A stretch of DNA of 64,000 nt from Amoeboaphelidium occidentale. Taxonomy: Eukaryota. The notes under the pieces were generated by a model. That model saw only the letters and a list, made by a program, of their open reading frames with translations, ran no database searches and had not been told where the DNA came from. Position 1 is the stretch's first letter. Every line of letters begins with the position of its first letter. Shown in pieces: positions 57,581-64,000 of the stretch. Made by a program: the position numbers and the translations under genes. The stretch is taken from assembly GCA_023515795.1 (NCBI GenBank), contig JALGPX010000014.1, positions 1 through 64,000 of the forward strand, read 5' to 3'.

Positions 57581-58209
57581 ATGACCGTTTCCACTCAACC
57601 AACCGATGACGAGCATTACGAAGGCCCGTCGCAGAGCTTCACTTCAGTTAACCCGGCCGAAATTTTAATGTCTCATGAAACAGAGGCATCGCCAATGGAA
57701 GCTGGAGCAGCAGCAGAGGATGAGACCGGAGCAAAATCTGCCAACAAAGAGGCATCAGCATCGTACTACACAACAATTCCATTGGCCAGAGTCAAGAAAA
57801 TAATGAAAGAGGAGCCAGATATGGAAAAGCTATCGGCAGACGCTGTGTTTTGTATGACTTTAGCAGTGGAATCTTTTTTAGCATACTTTGTTCGACATGC
57901 TTTCCAATACTCCAAGAAAGACAAAAGGAAGACCCTTGCTTATAAAGACCTGGTGCACGTCGTTAAGGAATTAGGACAGTTCGAGTTCTTAGAGGGTTTA
58001 TTCATTATATCTTTTGCTTAATTGTAGACATCATACCATTGCCAATAGCGATACAAAAAGCTCTTGAAGAACGCGAAAAGGTGTTAGGCCCTGCTAAAGA
58101 TGAGCCAGAAGTTGAAGAGCAACCTGAGAACACTGTGGCAGAACCCGAAGCAGAAAAACTTGAAACAGAACATGATCAGATGGCTGTTGACGAACCAACT
58201 GAAGCATAA
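57581..58209 (+). CDS. Histone-fold protein (POLE4/Dpb3/CHRAC1-like); 32-nt intron 57996-58027
   Basis: IPLARVKKIMKEEP, AVESFL, RKTLAYKDL, spliced FEFLEDIIP. Confidence 0.85.
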
Positions 58210-58307
58210 ACAACTTCCAGCCTAAATAAATTCTGTATCCCTTTTCTGTATATAAAGAGAGCACGAAACCAGTATGACATGAAGGTCCTCAGTATTCAGA
58301 CAGCTAC

Positions 58308-61300
58308 CTAAAAACTGCAATCACATTGAGCGATTGGTAAACCACACTCTGAGCATTCTGAAGGTCCCGATGGTTTTGAGGGAGTTTCTACAGGTTCAAC
58401 TTCTTTCAATGGTGAAGAAGATATGGAATCAGACGATCTCGAAAGATTCTTTGTGCCAACATTCCTAATTTCACTCAACAAAGAGTCACGAGCTGATTCT
58501 GTTTTTAAGTTCAACGAGTCTCTTGATGTGGAGCTTCTTGCAGGAGAAGGAGTTTCTGATTGCCGTTTCAATCGTTCTTGATTCTTTAAATAAGTTGCAT
58601 AAACGTCATCCAGAGACTGGAAAAACTGATCCAAAACTAGAAACAAATCTTCAGGTCTCTTAGAAGCACCAGTTGTATCCTCCAAGTTATAAGCAGGTTC
58701 TCCAACGTAGCTCGCAACTGATTCCCACGATGTTTTCATTTCTACGTAGGCATCTTTTAACATTTTTAGTTCATCTGACAAATCGCTAAGTAACGGAATG
58801 GTAAAAGAGCCATAAAAGTTATGGAACTCAAACTGAAACAGTTCGTTTAAAGGTTTGCTGGGGCTTTGAGGTTTATACTGTTTCAGATAATTCGTCTTCC
58901 TTTCAATTTCTTTCAATTCATTTTGCATGTCGGCAACATGCCAATGCCTCATCGACCGAAGTTCAGAGTACTTTGATGAAATACTCAATATAGAAGAGTT
59001 AGTTTTTGCCAAACTTTCCACAAGATAATGCATCAATGAAGATTTTCCGTCTTTTGACTTGACATCTTTTAGTCTAGTCAGAGTTTCAATTTTAAAACCT
59101 GATGCAGAACCGTGGCGATTCGAATACTGATAGTTCATGAGGTTCCCCAGATTCAAAACTGACGCAAAAATCACCTTAAGATCTTCATCCTGTCGCAGCT
59201 GTTCGCAGGAGGATGTGATTTTCTTAAACTTACTCAAAAGCAATGTTGTTTCCTCTTTATGCTGTTGCTTCATGATCAAAGTGTCTATGAAAAACTCAGC
59301 GTTTGGCTCGCAGCAGAATACTATCTTGAAACATTCGGGGTTGATTAAGCCAAATTCAGCAGGAATCTCCCAATTTTCTTGAACTGCATCGTTCTCTTTT
59401 AGCCACTTGAGTAAATCCTTTGTCTTTTGAATAAACAAGAGAATTTCGCTCTTTTCTTGATCAACAGGTAAAATAGACTTTAAGGCCAAAAGATCATCAA
59501 GAACAAGCTGGGAATCTCCAAGTCGCAATGCTTGCAGTAAACTAAGATGTGAAAAACGTTTCTGGAATCTTGCCAAAACAATTCCAACCAAACGAGCTTG
59601 ATTAACATCCAGTAAACGAATATTCCGTTCATTCTTCTTTTCTGCTGCAACGCCTGCTTTGGCTTTGGTATCTTTTGTTGGATCTATGCAAAACAATTCC
59701 TCAAACTTTTCAACATCGAAAGATGGTACTCCTTCAAAATCCTCTTTCTTCAAGGTTCCCCAAATAGAATTTCGAACTTGATTCTCCCTAACCTCTTCCC
59801 AATGAAGTTTGTTTTTTACCCGTTTTCGAACGGTTCCGCTTTGTGCATCATTAATAGCTAGTCCAGGGACAGGTGGAGGTGGTGGAGCACCAGGTGGTAG
59901 AGGAGCACCCGGAATCATGAATGGAGGTGGCGGCGGAGGCGGAACACCTGGCGGCAAAGGAACATTTGGGATAATGAAAGGAGGAGGTGGTGGTGGAGGC
60001 GCAGCAGGTACAGATTCTGGGGAGCTTTGCTTTTCTGGAATATCTTCCGAGTCACTACCAGCTGGTATTATTAGATCTGCAGGACTGCTCAGAGCATCTA
60101 TAAGTAATTGACTTGGTGGTGTTTTGACAATTTCCTTTTTGATTTCCTCTCCTATCTCGTTTTCTTTTTGCAATTCATCAAACGATTCACTTGAGCTTTC
60201 ATCAGTTGGAGATGTTTGAGCCAAAGTACTTGAAACTCTCCGTTTCTCTTTTACTTTCCGCTTTTTTTGCATCTCAGCAACTCGTGCTTTTCCAAGTTCA
60301 ACCATTTCCATATCCATCTTAGATAATATACCTTTCTTCACTGTTGTAGACAGATATTCATGCGCATCGTGAATCTCGTTTAAACTTCTCTGTAAAGCTA
60401 GCCGCACAATGCTCTTTTTATAACCCTGATTTTCTAATGCCTTAAGAAGCCGACTATCGGGTATTACTTGATGATACTGCGTCAATTTAGCCAAACCTTT
60501 TGTAAGTGACCCATCCAAAAATGTTTCATAAGAAATTTCCTCATCAGAGGTAGCAGTAGATTCTGAAAATATAAAATCCATACAAAACTCGGGATGAAAC
60601 CGCGAAAGTTTCGGGTCTTTATCTCTTGATGGTATATCCAGCTCAGAAAGCTTTAGCCGCACAAGGCCTACTCCCATAAATCCAATGTTGAACGTATATG
60701 ATGCGACAGTTGTAACGCTCCCTTCAGAACCTTTATGAATCAGTTTTATCTCGACATCTTTCTCAAGAATTAAGGCCTTCTTTTCGGATTCCCCTGTGAC
60801 TCTGAATATAATATTATAATTATCCTGTATGATATTCTGCGATCTGTCTAACCCGGAAGAATACATGAGCTTTTCGCCCATCCAAACTTCTAGAACAGGA
60901 TCAATCTTGTTCTTTTCGAACTTCGGAATAGTGTTCACAATAACTCCATGCAGTTTAAGAGGTTTCGGATTAGGCATGCGACCACCCAAAGACAAAAGAT
61001 CATCGAAATACTGAACATAGCGTTTATGCCATCCAGATATCCACTCCACATCGTCATGACATCTCAAGGATACGAAATACTCGAAACCCTCTCTAGCACT
61101 ATCGAATACAGAGATGTACCTCAAATAGCATGCCACTACCAATGAAGTTCGAGATATCCCGTTTGTGCAGTGCAAAATCGCAGTATTCGAAGGGTAAAGT
61201 TGCAACCACGCATCAAGCGCCCGCACGACATCAAATAGAATCTTTAGGCTAACGATTTTCATAGGGAAAGTAACAACTTGATGCTGAAAGTACGCAGTTT

Positions 61301-61628
61301 CATAAGTTCCAGACAGATTGAAGACCATGTAATGCTTGTAGCTTGAATTGATGTACTTTGCGACATGGTCAATCTGGTTGCGATGTATTCGCTTCTCCGT
61401 CCGCTGCTTCCACGGTAGGCCCATTACGACAATACGTTGAGATACATGAGTTATGTCCAATTCAGACAGAGCCGATTCCATCGTTGAGATCTGTTGCCTT
61501 GCTATTTCCTCCAAATCCTTATGCGATGCAGTGGCAATAGACTTTGGCGAGGACAATGAGTTACGCGGGCTTCTAGCAGAGGCTGCATCACTAATGAATA
61601 GCGACTTAAACCCGTTAACGAAGCTCAT
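58308..61628 (-). CDS. Formin with N-terminal PTEN-like phosphatase and C2 domains, FH1 and FH2
   Basis: LDITHVSQRIVVMGLP, HCTNGISRT, poly-Pro FH1, KLHW, SIW, LGNLMN..ASGFKIETL..SLMHYL. Confidence 0.9.
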   Translation of the reverse strand: MSFVNGFKSLFISDAASARSPRNSLSSPKSIATASHKDLEEIARQQISTMESALSELDITHVSQRIVVMGLPWKQRTEKRIHRNQIDHVAKYINSSYKHYMVFNLSGTYETAYFQHQVVTFPMKIVSLKILFDVVRALDAWLQLYPSNTAILHCTNGISRTSLVVACYLRYISVFDSAREGFEYFVSLRCHDDVEWISGWHKRYVQYFDDLLSLGGRMPNPKPLKLHGVIVNTIPKFEKNKIDPVLEVWMGEKLMYSSGLDRSQNIIQDNYNIIFRVTGESEKKALILEKDVEIKLIHKGSEGSVTTVASYTFNIGFMGVGLVRLKLSELDIPSRDKDPKLSRFHPEFCMDFIFSESTATSDEEISYETFLDGSLTKGLAKLTQYHQVIPDSRLLKALENQGYKKSIVRLALQRSLNEIHDAHEYLSTTVKKGILSKMDMEMVELGKARVAEMQKKRKVKEKRRVSSTLAQTSPTDESSSESFDELQKENEIGEEIKKEIVKTPPSQLLIDALSSPADLIIPAGSDSEDIPEKQSSPESVPAAPPPPPPPFIIPNVPLPPGVPPPPPPPFMIPGAPLPPGAPPPPPVPGLAINDAQSGTVRKRVKNKLHWEEVRENQVRNSIWGTLKKEDFEGVPSFDVEKFEELFCIDPTKDTKAKAGVAAEKKNERNIRLLDVNQARLVGIVLARFQKRFSHLSLLQALRLGDSQLVLDDLLALKSILPVDQEKSEILLFIQKTKDLLKWLKENDAVQENWEIPAEFGLINPECFKIVFCCEPNAEFFIDTLIMKQQHKEETTLLLSKFKKITSSCEQLRQDEDLKVIFASVLNLGNLMNYQYSNRHGSASGFKIETLTRLKDVKSKDGKSSLMHYLVESLAKTNSSILSISSKYSELRSMRHWHVADMQNELKEIERKTNYLKQYKPQSPSKPLNELFQFEFHNFYGSFTIPLLSDLSDELKMLKDAYVEMKTSWESVASYVGEPAYNLEDTTGASKRPEDLFLVLDQFFQSLDDVYATYLKNQERLKRQSETPSPARSSTSRDSLNLKTESARDSLLSEIRNVGTKNLSRSSDSISSSPLKEVEPVETPSKPSGPSECSECGLPIAQCDCSF

Positions 61629-61712
61629 GAATCCTGATGCTTGATCGAACAAAATCAATCTTTGTGACGAACCAAAGTGCAATAACGCCGCTTTATATTT
61701 TATTTCATAGAA

Positions 61713-62033
61713 TTAGAAAGTGGTCTGCGGACCTCTCTTACGACGCTTAATCTGTTTTCTCTTAGCAAACGCCTTTTTGTCTTTCTTTGTTCCCTCTACT
61801 TCCACTGCTGCTGGTTTAGTTTCGTGATTTTCCTCAACAGGAGCAGCGGATGAAGCCTCGACTGTTTCTTCTACGATTGCCATTTCGTTCTCGGCACTCT
61901 TCTGTAGTGAAGCTTCTGATTTAGCGGCTAATCGCTCTAATCGTTCGCGTTCCACTTGCTTGAAGACTGTGTCCCCCTCTCTCTTCATAGTCCGCATGCG
62001 CTTCTTGCTCTTTGATCTGATGCTCTTTGCCAT
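61713..62033 (-). CDS. LLPH/DUF2423-like small basic protein
   Basis: MAKSIRSKSKKRMR..KR N-terminus, ERLERL, basic C-terminus. Confidence 0.75.
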   Translation of the reverse strand: MAKSIRSKSKKRMRTMKREGDTVFKQVERERLERLAAKSEASLQKSAENEMAIVEETVEASSAAPVEENHETKPAAVEVEGTKKDKKAFAKRKQIKRRKRGPQTTF

Positions 62034-62103
62034 ATCTTATTCCAGTTGAATGAAAGAAATGCTGAAATATTTTCTGATTTTGATTTTTTTTGTTCAAATT
62101 CTC

Positions 62104-63075
62104 ATGCTTGATATTCCTGGATACATTTTTGATGCTGAGCGTAACAGATATTTCAAAGTTGGTTCAGCAGATGCACAGCACATAAAAGGAAGTATAAAAT
62201 CCAAACAGAAGCAAAAGCCAAAGAAGGATTGCATACTCAATGCTTTGCGTGATCGCGATTTGAAAGGTTCAGCCGTTAGTGTTTTTACTCGTAAAGACCT
62301 GCCATTCAAGAACATACGGCATGCACTATACTTCAAAACAACCAATTCAGTTCATCTTTTTGATGAAACTTCAATGTACTTCATACCGAATATTCGAGAG
62401 CCAGATCTAAATTTGTTCATGTCATTCTCATGGCGCATATTGTCAGTTAGTGCTGATCTCAGACCTGACTGTACGAAATACGCGGCCTGTTACGATAAAG
62501 GATGTCATATTGTTTCTGTTGGACCTGATGGAATTACCTCAACGCCTTTCATCGATATTCATGGAGAGAATGCAAAGTGTTATGATGGCAAGCTGTACTT
62601 TACACGAGGAAATGCTCTGTATTCAGTCCAAGGAGAAGTTGCCAGAATGCCAACAAAAAGCGATATTGTGGATTATTTGATAGGTTATTACGTGATCATT
62701 GCGCAACGAAACGGGACTATAACAATAATGCTTGAGGCAAAAGAAGTCTGTCGCCTTCAAGTTCCGCCTGTTGTTCGACTGCATCAACTGGAATCATACT
62801 TGATCATTGTAAGTACCGAAAAGGTCACAGTTTTCGATCTCTTTCTTTTTAAAATCCTGTATACATTACATATCGGAAAAGACAACTCGAAACTTCCTGT
62901 AAGTGCTGTTACAGAAAACAACATTTGCATAGCCCATCAGAATTGCCTCAAAATTTATCCATTATTTAGTCTAAAGCCTGTTTATGAAATGGAGCTGGAG
63001 GGGGGTTGCGAAGCGCTCTGTGGTATTGGCGATATGCTTGTGGTTTGTGGCGAGAAATGCTTCTTGATCGAGTAA
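62104..63075 (+). CDS. DCAF4/WDR21-like beta-propeller protein (divergent)
   Basis: IPGYIFDAERNRYFK resembles the DCAF4 N-terminal motif; beta-strand-rich remainder. Confidence 0.55.
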   Translation: MLDIPGYIFDAERNRYFKVGSADAQHIKGSIKSKQKQKPKKDCILNALRDRDLKGSAVSVFTRKDLPFKNIRHALYFKTTNSVHLFDETSMYFIPNIREPDLNLFMSFSWRILSVSADLRPDCTKYAACYDKGCHIVSVGPDGITSTPFIDIHGENAKCYDGKLYFTRGNALYSVQGEVARMPTKSDIVDYLIGYYVIIAQRNGTITIMLEAKEVCRLQVPPVVRLHQLESYLIIVSTEKVTVFDLFLFKILYTLHIGKDNSKLPVSAVTENNICIAHQNCLKIYPLFSLKPVYEMELEGGCEALCGIGDMLVVCGEKCFLIE

Positions 63076-64000
63076 ACATAAACAGCTTCAAAATCTTCCA
63101 ATGTAATATCGTAAATATCGAGAATATCTTCTAATAAAGATTCATCGTTTGATCTGAAAGCCATAGACACAAGGTCTTGAATTATTAATCGTGCTACTAA
63201 CAGCAAAGTGTTCTCCAAATAATCATCTCGTTCCAATTCATAAACTGCGAAGAACAGTTTCAAGTAGAAACCCAAGTTTTCCTCAGACTCGCCATCAATT
63301 ACATGTATCATGTACCATAAGCCGTACGAGGATATCTTCTTGAATGATGGTATCATGAACTTCTCGCCAAAGTTGTAACTCGGCAAGAAAACATCAAAAG
63401 CTAGATAGCTCAGATTAACTTCTGAATACTGCAAAGTATTTTTGATAACAGTTTTAATCCACTCAGCGGCTTCGAAGTCAGTAGATTCCAATGATGATGG
63501 AATGTAGAAAGTATTCACAAATTTGCAGAAATATTCTAAAACTATCGGGCTTTCTGTCATTTTGATAGAAGACTTTGATGCCTCTGAAAAGTGTCCTTCT
63601 AACATAGCATGAAATACTGGAGACAGATTACTCAGTAAAGATCGATTCATATTGAAACAACGATCATGGCTCTCCAGTGATATTTCCACAGAATCTTTTT
63701 GAGGCACTTGCTCTCGTTTCCAGCTTTCCTCGTTTTGAGGATTGAAATTTAAACTTGATCTGCCATATATAAAATGGATTAAAAGCTTCTTTCTTGAGTT
63801 TGGTACATCCCTCTTCAAAGGATATCCTTTAAGAATCGTGTAGGAAACAACATTCTCGTTGAAATTCACATTACGGTAATACTTTTCTTTCCTCAACTCA
63901 GTAAGTACTTGGTTCAGAACCAATTCAAAAACTTTGTTATCTTGTAATAATAAGCTCAAAGTCGCCATCACTGCCTCATCATTAAGCTGAAAAGCTGCAA
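62982..64000 (-). CDS. BTB/POZ-domain protein, 5' end beyond the window
   Basis: LLSNLSPVFHAMLEGHFSEAS BTB motif; frame stays open to the window edge. Confidence 0.75.
   Translation of the reverse strand, partial: AAFQLNDEAVMATLSLLLQDNKVFELVLNQVLTELRKEKYYRNVNFNENVVSYTILKGYPLKRDVPNSRKKLLIHFIYGRSSLNFNPQNEESWKREQVPQKDSVEISLESHDRCFNMNRSLLSNLSPVFHAMLEGHFSEASKSSIKMTESPIVLEYFCKFVNTFYIPSSLESTDFEAAEWIKTVIKNTLQYSEVNLSYLAFDVFLPSYNFGEKFMIPSFKKISSYGLWYMIHVIDGESEENLGFYLKLFFAVYELERDDYLENTLLLVARLIIQDLVSMAFRSNDESLLEDILDIYDITLEDFEAVYVYSIKKHFSPQTTSISPIPQSASQPPSSSIS

Noticed and set aside
1..64000. tRNA, rRNA or CRISPR arrays
   Set aside because: None recognised by eye; a tRNAscan-SE or Infernal run would be needed to exclude divergent RNAs

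Overview
Very gene-dense eukaryotic DNA using the standard code: about 39 protein genes in 64 kb, GT-AG introns mostly 32-40 nt, and intergenic gaps often under 60 bp. It combines a fungal copper-fist factor, a TOK-type channel and Msy-type MscS with presenilin, a CFAP20 domain, a KIF12-like kinesin, a TmcB-type PAS protein and a PTEN-formin. This suggests an early-diverging Holomycota lineage such as an aphelid, rozellid or zoosporic fungus (inference). Most genes are housekeeping (PP4, eL42, Aquarius, BUD23, Rpt6, ACC, MAT1). The main hidden signal is not in the ORF track: a frameshifted minus-strand Fanzor/TnpB-family RNA-guided nuclease remnant at about 39301-39560 (CxxC...C-x3-C-x3-WNRDINAARNI), followed by a segment that could fold as an omega-RNA and preceded by a strong GC-rich hairpin. 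Other observations are a long rod-like hairpin filling the 5'-UTR intron of eL42, an ACC with a +1 frameshift in a T6 run that also lacks the Snf1/AMPK loop, a two-pore K+ channel with both filters degenerate, a RasGEF with talin-head-like repeats, a formin with an intact PTEN CX5R motif, and haplotype-like duplications beside N gaps. All family assignments are by eye from motif recall; no searches were run.
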